Origin: an uncultured delta proteobacterium
GTDB lineage: Bacteria; Myxococcota_A; Polyangia; Polyangiales; B10-G4
Assembly (NCBI GenBank): GCA_963727445.1
Contig: CAVSGI010000006.1
Span: 192,001-256,000 of the forward strand
DNA length: 64,000 nt
Direction of reading: 5' to 3'
The position numbers were made by a program, and so were the translations under genes. Every line of letters starts with the position of its first letter. Position 1 is the first letter of the stretch. The notes below the pieces were generated by a model that did not search any database, was not told the DNA's origin, and saw only the letters and a list, made by a program, of their open reading frames with translations. Of this stretch, positions 33,822 through 42,604 are shown in pieces.

Positions 33822-35585
33822 TCAACGGAGGCGGAATTGGACTTCGCGCATCCGGCCGTTGGTGACGCGCACTCGGCGCTCTTCTTCGGCGCCGGTCGGG
33901 CCGACGACGCGAACCAGGTGTGTGCCCGGACGGAGCTCGACGTCCACCGGTGCATTGCCGCGCGAGCGTCCATCGACGAAGACCTCGCCCCAGGGAAGGA
34001 CGCCGACCTTGACGCCGGTGGGTCCGGTGGGTGCCATGGGGTGCGCCGCGGCGACGTGGGTCGGCGTCCCGGCTTCGGGGGCATCGGTCTCGGGAGCACC
34101 TTCTTCCGGCGCACTCCCCTCCATCGTCGCTTCCTGTCCGAGCTCCGAGCCTTCCAAGGAAGGCGTCTCGACGCCGGTGGGCAGCCCTGCGCCCGGCTCG
34201 TTCGTCGCCATCGCGCTGCTGGGCGGCGTCATCGCGCTGCTGGTCGTGGCCGTGGTGACGGTCGGCCCGGTCGGCTGACCCTCGTCGTCGCTCCCGAACG
34301 CCAGGGCGACGACGGCGGCGACGGTGATCAGTCCACCCGCGAGGAGGGCCACGGCGCCGATGCGCAGGCCGAGGCCGCTGCCGAGCGCGGGCGCGTCCGC
34401 GGTGTCGACCGCCCGAGACGGTGATGGCTCGAGTGCGCGCGTATCCGCGTCGGCCACGCGCTGCGCTTCGGCGGCGTCGGCGTCCATCACCGTCTCGCCC
34501 TCTTCTTCGGAGCGATACGCGGTGCGCGTCTCGGCGTCGGCGCTCGCCGGCACCACCCGGCCGTCGCTGCTCGTCTCGGTTGCGAGCACCATGGTGCCGG
34601 CGCCTTCGGGCGTCGCCGCCTGGGTGTCGGCGTACGCCACGTCCCCGCTTTGCCGGCCGACCTCGTCCAGGTGCGTGCGCTGGGCGCTGCGCACCAGCTC
34701 GCCGAGGATCCGCCGCGCCGTGGGTGGCGGCGCGACGTCGATCAACGCGTCCTGCAGCGCGGCGGCGTTCGGGAAGCGGTCGTCGGGTGCGGAAGCGATG
34801 AGCTTCTCGACCGCGTCGACGAGCGCCTTCGGCGCCGTCGGCAGAAGCTTCGAGAGAGGCTCGTGCTCACCCTCCTGGATGCGCCTGAGGGTGTCCAGCT
34901 CGGTCGCGCCGTCGAAGGGACGCTTGCCCGCGAGACATTCGTAGAGGGTCACGCCGAGCGAAAAGAGGTCGGAGCGCGCGTCGTACTCCGCGGTCAGCGC
35001 GTACTCGGGCGCCATGTAGGGGACCTTCCCCTTGGTGTTGCCGCTGCGCGTGACCTGGGTCTTGTCCATCGCCTTGGCGATGCCGAAGTCGGCGAGCTTC
35101 ACCTCGCCGGCGGTGGACACCAGCACGTTCGAAGGCGAGATGTCGCGGTGCACGACGCCGCTGACCTTGCCGGCGGTGTCGGCGCGATGCGCGTAGTCGA
35201 GGGCGTTGCTGATCTCGTAGGCGAGATAGGACGCCAGCCCGCTGGTCAGCGACTCGTCGTCCTTCCACAGGGTGCGCAAGAGGATGCGAAGGTCGACCCC
35301 GTCGATGAGCTCGAGCGCCATGAAATGGCTGCCTTCGACCACGCCGAAGTCGAGCACCTGAACGATGTTGGCGTGGCGCAGGGTCGCTGCGATCCGCGCC
35401 TCCTCGAGGAACATCCGCACGAAGTCCTGGTCCGCTTCGAAGGCGGGCAGGATGCGCTTGAGACAGACCCTCTGCTCGAAGGAGCCCGGACCCCGGCGGA
35501 CCGCGACGAAAGTCTCCGCCATGCCACCCGCGCCGAGTCGGGACACGAGCTCGTACGGCCCGAACCGAGAAAGCTCCGTGCTCAT
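33822..35585 (-). CDS. Ser/Thr protein kinase with TM and PEGA-like domain
   Basis: GAGGMAETF, HRDISPSN, DFGIAK, GKVPYMAPE, WGEVFVDG. Confidence 0.95.
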   Translation of the reverse strand: MSTELSRFGPYELVSRLGAGGMAETFVAVRRGPGSFEQRVCLKRILPAFEADQDFVRMFLEEARIAATLRHANIVQVLDFGVVEGSHFMALELIDGVDLRILLRTLWKDDESLTSGLASYLAYEISNALDYAHRADTAGKVSGVVHRDISPSNVLVSTAGEVKLADFGIAKAMDKTQVTRSGNTKGKVPYMAPEYALTAEYDARSDLFSLGVTLYECLAGKRPFDGATELDTLRRIQEGEHEPLSKLLPTAPKALVDAVEKLIASAPDDRFPNAAALQDALIDVAPPPTARRILGELVRSAQRTHLDEVGRQSGDVAYADTQAATPEGAGTMVLATETSSDGRVVPASADAETRTAYRSEEEGETVMDADAAEAQRVADADTRALEPSPSRAVDTADAPALGSGLGLRIGAVALLAGGLITVAAVVALAFGSDDEGQPTGPTVTTATTSSAMTPPSSAMATNEPGAGLPTGVETPSLEGSELGQEATMEGSAPEEGAPETDAPEAGTPTHVAAAHPMAPTGPTGVKVGVLPWGEVFVDGRSRGNAPVDVELRPGTHLVRVVGPTGAEEERRVRVTNGRMREVQFRLR

Positions 35586-35687
35586 ATCGCGCCGGGGCGA
35601 AGGTAGCACACCCGCGCCTCGGCACCCGGAGAGCCCTCGTCGTGCGTCCACGGGTTTCTGGGGCTTTCTCGCCCCCCATTTCGCCTT

Positions 35688-36893
35688 ATGCTCCCGCCGA
35701 TGAACGAGCGGCGACCCGGGCCCGGGCCCTCCACCACGGCGGTGCATGGCGGCGACGCGGTGGACGAGGCAACCTCCGCCCTCGACGGGCCGCTCGTCAT
35801 GTCGAGCGCTTTCGCCTTCCGCGACGCGGCCGATGCCGCGGCGCGCTTCGAGGAGAGCGGCTCCGGTCTCATCTACGGACGCTGGGACAACCCCACCGTC
35901 GCGCGTTTCGAAGCGAAGCTGGCGGCCCTCGAAGAGGCAGAGGACGCAGCGGCCTTCGCCAGCGGGATGGGCGCCATCGTCGGCGCGCTCTCGGCCTTCG
36001 TGGAAGAGGGAGCGCACGTGATCGCTCCCCAGGGCGTCTACGCCGAGACGGCGCGCGTCCTGACGAAGCACTTCGCGCGCTTCGGTGTCGAGACGACCTT
36101 CGTCGACGCACCCGAGGCGAGTGCCATCGCCTCGGCCATGCGTACCAACACGCGCGTCGTGTGGATCGAGACGCCGGCCAACCCGACCCTCGCCGTGACC
36201 GACATCCAGCGGGCCCGCGCCGAGGCCGAGGGCGCGGTCTTGCTCGTCGACAGCACCTTCGCCACTCCGTTTCACCAGACGCCCCTCGCGCATGGCGCGG
36301 ACATGGTCGTCCACTCCGCCACCAAGGCGATCGGCGGGCACGGCGACGTCATCGGAGGCGTGGTCGCGGGGAGCGCCGAGCGGGTGGCGCGCGTGCGGGA
36401 CGTCGGAGGACGCATGGCCGGGGCGACGCTCTCGCCCATGAGCGCGTGGCTCCTCTCACGCGGCGCGCGGACGCTCGCCCTCCGTCAGGCGCGCGCTAGC
36501 GAGACCGCCCAGCTCCTCGCCGAGCGACTCGAGAGCGACCCGCGCATCTCGGTGGTTCACTACCCTGGCCTCGAGAGCCACCCGCAGCACGACGTCGCCC
36601 GCCGGCAGATGCGCCGCGGCTACGGCTCGCTCCTGGCTTTCGAGATCGCCGGCGGCGCAGAGGCGGGCCGGCGCGCCTACGACGCGGTGGAGCTCGTGAC
36701 GCGCGCGGTGAGCCTGGGCGACGTGCGCACGCTCCTGACCCATCCAGCCTCCACCACCCACAGCTCCATGCCGCGGCAGCGGCGTCTCGAAGCGGGAATC
36801 GGCGACGGACTGATGCGGCTCTCGGTGGGCATCGAAGACGCCGAAGACCTGTGGTCGGACCTCGACCGCGCGCTCGCCCGGAGCGCTGGATGA
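35688..36893 (+). CDS. PLP-dependent transsulfuration enzyme (methionine gamma-lyase/MetZ-like)
   Basis: YGRWDNPT, FASGMGA, IETPANP, VDSTFATP, HSATKAIGGHGD, AVSLGD, RLSVGIE. Confidence 0.93.
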   Translation: MLPPMNERRPGPGPSTTAVHGGDAVDEATSALDGPLVMSSAFAFRDAADAAARFEESGSGLIYGRWDNPTVARFEAKLAALEEAEDAAAFASGMGAIVGALSAFVEEGAHVIAPQGVYAETARVLTKHFARFGVETTFVDAPEASAIASAMRTNTRVVWIETPANPTLAVTDIQRARAEAEGAVLLVDSTFATPFHQTPLAHGADMVVHSATKAIGGHGDVIGGVVAGSAERVARVRDVGGRMAGATLSPMSAWLLSRGARTLALRQARASETAQLLAERLESDPRISVVHYPGLESHPQHDVARRQMRRGYGSLLAFEIAGGAEAGRRAYDAVELVTRAVSLGDVRTLLTHPASTTHSSMPRQRRLEAGIGDGLMRLSVGIEDAEDLWSDLDRALARSAG

Positions 36894-37771
36894 GCGAGCC
36901 CCCGAAGAGCGAGTCCTCGACTTTCATGCGCTCCGACGGCTCGGTGACGCTCGAGCGGGTCGGCCTGTCGCGGCCGATGTTGCGCGACGCCTATCACTGG
37001 CTTCGCACCGCCAGCTGGCCGCGCACCTTCGCGACGATCACCGCCGCGTGGGTCGGCTCCAACGTGATCTTCGCGTTCCTGTTCCTCTTGGGCGGCGACT
37101 GCATCGCGAACGCGCGCCCGGGACACTTCGGCGACGCCTTCTTCTTCAGCGTCCAGACGCTATCCACCATCGGCTACGGCACGATGTCGCCGTCCACCGA
37201 TTACGCCAACGTCGTCGTCGTGACGGAGGCGTTCTACGGACTGCTCTTCGTCGCCATCACCACCGGGATCCTGTTTTCGAAGTTCTCCACACCCACGGCG
37301 CGGCTCCTCTTCTCTCGCGAGGCGTTGGTGGCCGACATGGAAGGAAAGCGGACGCTCAACTTCCGCCTCGCCAACGCGCGCACCAGCCACATCGTCGAGG
37401 CGGTGATCCGGGTCACCGTCGCGCGCGACGAGTACGACGCGAGTGGGCGCCTCATGCGCCGCCTCTACAATCTGCCTCTCGTTCGCGACATCTCGCCGCT
37501 CCTGGCCCTCACCTGGACGGTGATGCACGTGATCGACGAGGACAGCCCGCTCTACGGTCTCGGTCCCGAGGACATCGAGAAGCAGCGGCTGGTGCTCCTG
37601 GTGACGGTTCGGGGAACCGAGGACCAACTCTCCACGACGGTTCACGCCCGCTACGCCTATCTGTCGGAGTACATCCTCTTCGACCGGCGCCACGTCGACA
37701 TCCTCCTTCGCAACCCCGAGGGCGAGCGCTACGTCGACTACCGCGTCTTTCACGACCACGAGGCCGCGTGA
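36890..37771 (+). CDS. KirBac-type inward-rectifier potassium channel
   Basis: FFFSVQTLSTIGYG filter, FRLANAR, WTVMHVIDEDSPLYG, VDYRVFH. Confidence 0.95.
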   Translation: MSEPPKSESSTFMRSDGSVTLERVGLSRPMLRDAYHWLRTASWPRTFATITAAWVGSNVIFAFLFLLGGDCIANARPGHFGDAFFFSVQTLSTIGYGTMSPSTDYANVVVVTEAFYGLLFVAITTGILFSKFSTPTARLLFSREALVADMEGKRTLNFRLANARTSHIVEAVIRVTVARDEYDASGRLMRRLYNLPLVRDISPLLALTWTVMHVIDEDSPLYGLGPEDIEKQRLVLLVTVRGTEDQLSTTVHARYAYLSEYILFDRRHVDILLRNPEGERYVDYRVFHDHEAA

Positions 37772-38511
37772 TCCAGCCGGAGGTGTTGCTTCCGTTTGGC
37801 GGGATCATTCTCGCCAGCTACCTCGTGCAGACCGCGACGGGGTTCGGCGCCATGGTCTGCGCGGTGACCTTCGGCGCGCTGGTGCTGCCCATCGAGACCA
37901 TCGTCGCCATCGCGGTCCCTCTCTCCCTCTCGCAGAACCTGTGGATCGCGGTGCGCCATCGCGACGGCATCGACAAGAAGCTCCTGTTGGTGACGATCCT
38001 TCCGGTGATGGGCGCTGGCATGGTCGTCGGCTTCGCGGTGTCGGAGCTCGTCGCCGGCGACGCGCTCCGGATCGCCTTTGGCGTGCTGGTGCTCCTGCTC
38101 GCGAGCCGAGAGCTCTACGGGAGCTTTCGGGGCGACGGAAAGCGGCCGGAGCCGCTCGGGAAGGTGGCCACCGCCATCACCGTCCTCGGCGCCGGAATGC
38201 TGCACGGCATCTACGCCACAGGCGGGCCGCTCCTCGTTTACGCCGTCGGTCGCCTCGAGCTGGGCAAGCACGTCTTCCGCAGCACCGTCACCACCGTCTG
38301 GCTCGTCCTCAACATGGTCCTGACCGGCATGCTGGTCTTCTCCCATCGGATCACCGCCGAGACCATCACCGCCACCGGGCTCCTGCTTCCCGCGATCCCG
38401 GTGGGGCTGGTGATCGGCCAATTCATCCACGACCGGGTGGACGAAGCGCGCTTCCGCCGCCTGCTCTTCGCCCTGTTGGCGATCGCGGCGATCCCGCTGA
38501 TCGTGCGTTGA
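37768..38511 (+). CDS. TauE/SafE (TSUP) family exporter
   Basis: VQTATGFGAM, HGIYATGGP, multiple TM helices, GTGA overlap. Confidence 0.88.
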   Translation: MIQPEVLLPFGGIILASYLVQTATGFGAMVCAVTFGALVLPIETIVAIAVPLSLSQNLWIAVRHRDGIDKKLLLVTILPVMGAGMVVGFAVSELVAGDALRIAFGVLVLLLASRELYGSFRGDGKRPEPLGKVATAITVLGAGMLHGIYATGGPLLVYAVGRLELGKHVFRSTVTTVWLVLNMVLTGMLVFSHRITAETITATGLLLPAIPVGLVIGQFIHDRVDEARFRRLLFALLAIAAIPLIVR

Positions 38512-38558
38512 GCGTGGATTTGAAGAAGCAGGGACGCTATTCCGTCCTGACTCGACCC

Positions 38559-39797
38559 ATGAAGCACCTCCTCGTCACAGCGGTGGTCCTATGCGTCGCG
38601 GCTCCGGCGAGCGCCCAGGAGAGCGAAGGGATGGTAGAGGCCCGCCTGGTCGTCGACGTCAGCTCCACCGGAGAGACGGACGGCGCGGAGCGGTTGGGCC
38701 CGATGCACACCGGCCGCCTCGGCGCAGGGCAGTCGCGGCGCTTCGGCCTCCGGCTTCCGCCCGGCAAGTGCTTCGCTGCGGTGGGCCGCGGTGGGCCCGG
38801 TGTGTCGAACCTCGACGTCTCTCTGTCGGCGGGGCGCTCGGTGCTCGCGCGAGATACGGACACCAGCCCGGGCGCGGTCGCGCGGTGGTGCAACGGCAGC
38901 GCGCGCGCGATGCAAGCGCATCTCACTGTGACCGCCTTCCGCGGCCGCGGGCAGTTCGCCGCTGCGGTCTACGCCATGACGCCCGAGACCGCGCAGGCTC
39001 GACGCGCCGAGCTCACCGGCGAGTCCGCGCTCACCCGTCTCGCCTCGCTGGTGGAGCGACACGGCCAGAACATGCGCCCCGTCACGGTCGCGGCGCGCGA
39101 ATCGCTCACCGAGGGTCAGCAGCTCGACCGCGAGGTGCAGCTCCGGCCGGGGCGGTGCTATCGCGTCCTGGCCGCCGGGGAAGACGGCGTGCGCGATCTC
39201 GACCTCGCGCTCCTCGATCCTCACGGCGCGCCTCTTCAGCGCGACGCCTCCGATGACGCCTCGCCCACGCTCGGGGTGGTGTCGCCGCTCTGTCCGGCCA
39301 CGGCGGGCACCTACCGCGTTTCGCTTCGCCTCGAAGGCGGAGAAGGCGCGTTCGCCTGGCAGGTCCTGGGCAGTGTTCCCCGCGGTGCTTCTGCGAGCGA
39401 GGGTGGGGAGGAGCGAGCCAGCTATCGCGTCGGGGGTCAGGGCTCGAGCTACGTCGCGGGGCGGATTCGGCAGGCGCACGATCGCTACGGCGAAGGCCGA
39501 AGGCCCATCACCGATCTCCTCGGAGGGCGGCTCGCCGTCGGCGAGCGCAGTGAGCACCGCTTCCGCGTGACCGGCGGCCAGTGCTACGTCGTGGTGGCCG
39601 CCGCCGTGCCGTCGGCGCGCGATCTCGACCTCGAGATCCGCGACCCCTACGGCAATCGCCGCGCCGCGGATGAAGGGGAGGGTGCCACCCCCCACGCCAA
39701 GGTCTGTCCCGACGTGGCCGGGAGCTACTCCGTGCGAGTCTACATGTTCCAGGGATACGGCGACTACGGCGTCCAGGTCTTCGTCGGGCCTCGCTAG
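38559..39797 (+). CDS. Secreted protein with three PPC-like beta-sandwich repeats
   Basis: Signal peptide APASAQ; repeats GKCFAAVG..NLDV, GRCYRVLA..DLDL, GQCYVVVA..DLDL. Confidence 0.8.
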   Translation: MKHLLVTAVVLCVAAPASAQESEGMVEARLVVDVSSTGETDGAERLGPMHTGRLGAGQSRRFGLRLPPGKCFAAVGRGGPGVSNLDVSLSAGRSVLARDTDTSPGAVARWCNGSARAMQAHLTVTAFRGRGQFAAAVYAMTPETAQARRAELTGESALTRLASLVERHGQNMRPVTVAARESLTEGQQLDREVQLRPGRCYRVLAAGEDGVRDLDLALLDPHGAPLQRDASDDASPTLGVVSPLCPATAGTYRVSLRLEGGEGAFAWQVLGSVPRGASASEGGEERASYRVGGQGSSYVAGRIRQAHDRYGEGRRPITDLLGGRLAVGERSEHRFRVTGGQCYVVVAAAVPSARDLDLEIRDPYGNRRAADEGEGATPHAKVCPDVAGSYSVRVYMFQGYGDYGVQVFVGPR

Positions 39798-39958
39798 TGC
39801 CTGGTCCAATGACGTAGAAGGGTTCTCGCTCGTTCGTCGGCCGCCTCGCGGCGTCGACAAACCTCGAATGTGCGCTGCACGTCCTTCGGTTTCCCTCCTT
39901 GTGACGCGACCGACGCCCGTCGCGATCTCCCCTTCCACGTCATTGGACCAGGCATTAG
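39794..39958. mobile_element. 165-bp MITE-like element with 29-bp terminal inverted repeats
   Basis: ctagtgcctggtccaatgacgtagaaggg versus cccttccacgtcattggaccaggcattag (2 mismatches); no transposase. Confidence 0.75.
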
Positions 39959-40039
39959 TTTCGCTCGCGGCGCTTCACCCTGCGCCGCGAAAGGCTTCGG
40001 CTTTTTCAGTTGGAGCCGGATCGTCTATTCTCCGGCCCG

Positions 40040-40876
40040 ATGCTTTCGCACTTTCCTCGCCCCTCCGCCTTCTGGGCGAAGGTCCTGCTCGCTCCTCTGG
40101 CGCTCGCCGGCTGCGGCGGAGCGTCGAGCGCCGGTGGCGGCGTGGAGGAGCCCGAGGACGACCGAGTCGTCGAGCTCACCGACGATCCCGAGCGTGCGCG
40201 CGCGTTTCAGGCGCCCCTCGACATCTTCGTCCGCCCCCTCGACTCGGCGCTCGCGGACCTCGCCGCTGGCGCAACCCCGGAAGAGGCCTTCGGCGACGAG
40301 CTCACAATCCTCGAGCCCGAGTCCTTCTCCGCGATCGAGGTCGGCTCGGGAGAGCGCCTCGAGATCGGCAGCGTGGAGTTGGTGATCACCACGGTCAAGG
40401 ATCGTGGCCCGCCCGACAGCGAACGGTGGCACCAGGGCATCCTCGAGGTCACCGGCGTTCGCGCCGGCGGCGTGTTCCGACTCACCGCGCTTCACACCGA
40501 GCTCCGCACCCTCGCGAGCGCGCCCGACGAGATGGCCGAGGTGCCGACCGCGTGGTCCGAGCTCCGCGACGCCTATGTCGACGACTTCGCCGGACCGAAC
40601 TGTCGCTTCCTTCCGCGCCTGCGCGAGGCGGACTTGAGAGGCGTCTATCCCGAGAGCATCGCGAGCGCGATGCGAGAAGGAATGCCGGATCAGGAGCGCA
40701 TCGACCACACCTGCGCGGACTTCTGGGATCGGGCGCCACCCTGGCGAAAGCTCGAGGTGCGACACGTCGCGATCGTTCGCGTCGATTCGGACCGCCGCGT
40801 CGTCCAGCGCTACGACGCGACGCTGACCGTGATCGACGGCGAGCTGGCCTTCGGCGCCGTACGCGCGGAGAGCTGA
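40040..40876 (+). CDS. Hypothetical lipoprotein
   Basis: Lipobox LALAGC; ends 6 bp before the transporter start. Confidence 0.75.
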   Translation: MLSHFPRPSAFWAKVLLAPLALAGCGGASSAGGGVEEPEDDRVVELTDDPERARAFQAPLDIFVRPLDSALADLAAGATPEEAFGDELTILEPESFSAIEVGSGERLEIGSVELVITTVKDRGPPDSERWHQGILEVTGVRAGGVFRLTALHTELRTLASAPDEMAEVPTAWSELRDAYVDDFAGPNCRFLPRLREADLRGVYPESIASAMREGMPDQERIDHTCADFWDRAPPWRKLEVRHVAIVRVDSDRRVVQRYDATLTVIDGELAFGAVRAES

Positions 40877-40882
40877 GAGCCG

Positions 40883-42577
40883 ATGCAGATCTACACGAAA
40901 GTCCTGATCGGCATGGCGGTGGGCGCGGCGGTGGGCATCGGGCTCGGCCCCAAGTCCGAGCTCCTCACCAAGGACACCTACAAGGTCAACGACGTGGGCT
41001 CGGTCGACATCTTTCTCGACCGCGAAGATCCGGCGTCGGAGGTCTCGCTCCCCTCGGGCGTGACCATGAGCTTCCAAGCGCTCGAGATCGTGCGCGGGGA
41101 GCTCGAGGACGAACGAGGGCAGACGCAGACGGTGCCCACCTGGGCACAGGTCCGTTTCCGCTTCACCCAGGAGCTCGCGCTTCACGACACCGAGGGCACG
41201 CTGCGCGAGCAGGTCGGCAACCCCCGGCCCCAGTCCTGGGTCACGGTGTGGCTGAAGATCGAGAATATCCCCCTCCCGTCCGGCGGCTTCACCTCCGTCC
41301 CCGAGCCGATCAGCGGGCTCGGCGACAAGATCGTCACCTTCGTCCGGCCCATCGGCACCGCCTTCATGCGCTTGATCAAGATGGTGATCGTTCCGTTGGT
41401 CTTCTCTTCGCTCCTGGTGGGCGTCGCCAGCCTGGGTGACGTACGCAAGCTCGGCCGCCTCGGGGGCAAGACCATCGGCCTCTACCTCCTGACCACCGCC
41501 GTCGCCGTCACCATCGGCCTGGTCTGCGCCCACGTCATCAAGCCGGGGAATTTCGTGGGAGAGGCGGACAGAGCATCGCTCCAGGCGCAGTTCTCGGGCG
41601 ACGCGTCGAGCCGCGCCGAGGACGCAGCCAACGCGCCGAGCACCATCGACAACATCCTCAACATCATCCCCGACAACCCCATGGAGTCGCTCTCCAGTGG
41701 GAACATGCTGCAGATCATCTTCTTCGCGGTGGTCTTCGGCGTGGCGCTCACCCTCCTCGACGACAAGAAGGGCACCCCGGTGGTGAACTTCTTCGATCGC
41801 GTGAACCAAGCGATGGTCGTGGTGATCCACATCGTGATGGCGCTCGCGCCCTATGGGGTCGCGGCCCTGGTCGCCGACGTCGTCGGTCAGAGCGGCGTGA
41901 GCGTGCTCTCCGCGCTCCTGGTCTATGCGGTCACCGTGCTCGTCGGCCTGCTGCTCCAGGCGACGCTCGTCTACGGCGGGATCGTCAGGTTCCTCGGTCG
42001 CCTGCCGCTGATGTCCTTCCTGAAAGCCATCCGCCCCGCACAGCTGATCGCCTTCTCGACCTCCTCGTCATCCGCGACGCTCCCGGTGAGCATGGAGTGC
42101 GCGGAGGAGAACCTCGGCATCTCGAACGCCGTGAGCAGCTTCGTCCTGCCCCTCGGCTCCACCGTCAACATGGACGGCACCGCCCTCTATCAGGGTGTGG
42201 CGGCGATCTTCATCGCCCAGGTCTTCCAGGTCGATCTCACGCTGACCGACCAGCTCGCGATCGTCGCGAGCGCGACCATGGCCTCGGTGGGGGCGGCCGG
42301 CGTCCCCGGGGCCGGCATCGTCACCCTCGCCATGGTGCTCACGGCTACAGGCATCCCGGCGGTCGGGATCGCCCTGATCCTGGGGATGGACCGCCTCCTG
42401 GACATGTTCCGGACGGCCGTGAACGTCACCGGTGACCTGGCTGTCACCGCGGCCATGGCCGCCGCGGAGGGCGAGGACCTCCACGTTCTGTCGACGGAAG
42501 AGGACAAGGCGGACCCCGATCGGGGCTTCGAGCGCCGTCTCGAGCGGGAAGAGCACCCCGTTCCGCCCGAAGACTGA
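40883..42577 (+). CDS. Dicarboxylate/amino acid:cation symporter (DAACS) with N-terminal insertion
   Basis: FMRLIKMVIVPLVF, FSTSSSSATLP, NMDGT, AAGVPGAG, DRLLDMFRTAVNVTGD. Confidence 0.95.
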   Translation: MQIYTKVLIGMAVGAAVGIGLGPKSELLTKDTYKVNDVGSVDIFLDREDPASEVSLPSGVTMSFQALEIVRGELEDERGQTQTVPTWAQVRFRFTQELALHDTEGTLREQVGNPRPQSWVTVWLKIENIPLPSGGFTSVPEPISGLGDKIVTFVRPIGTAFMRLIKMVIVPLVFSSLLVGVASLGDVRKLGRLGGKTIGLYLLTTAVAVTIGLVCAHVIKPGNFVGEADRASLQAQFSGDASSRAEDAANAPSTIDNILNIIPDNPMESLSSGNMLQIIFFAVVFGVALTLLDDKKGTPVVNFFDRVNQAMVVVIHIVMALAPYGVAALVADVVGQSGVSVLSALLVYAVTVLVGLLLQATLVYGGIVRFLGRLPLMSFLKAIRPAQLIAFSTSSSSATLPVSMECAEENLGISNAVSSFVLPLGSTVNMDGTALYQGVAAIFIAQVFQVDLTLTDQLAIVASATMASVGAAGVPGAGIVTLAMVLTATGIPAVGIALILGMDRLLDMFRTAVNVTGDLAVTAAMAAAEGEDLHVLSTEEDKADPDRGFERRLEREEHPVPPED

Positions 42578-42604
42578 GGGGCCTGGTAAGCTCGGGGCGT
42601 TCGG

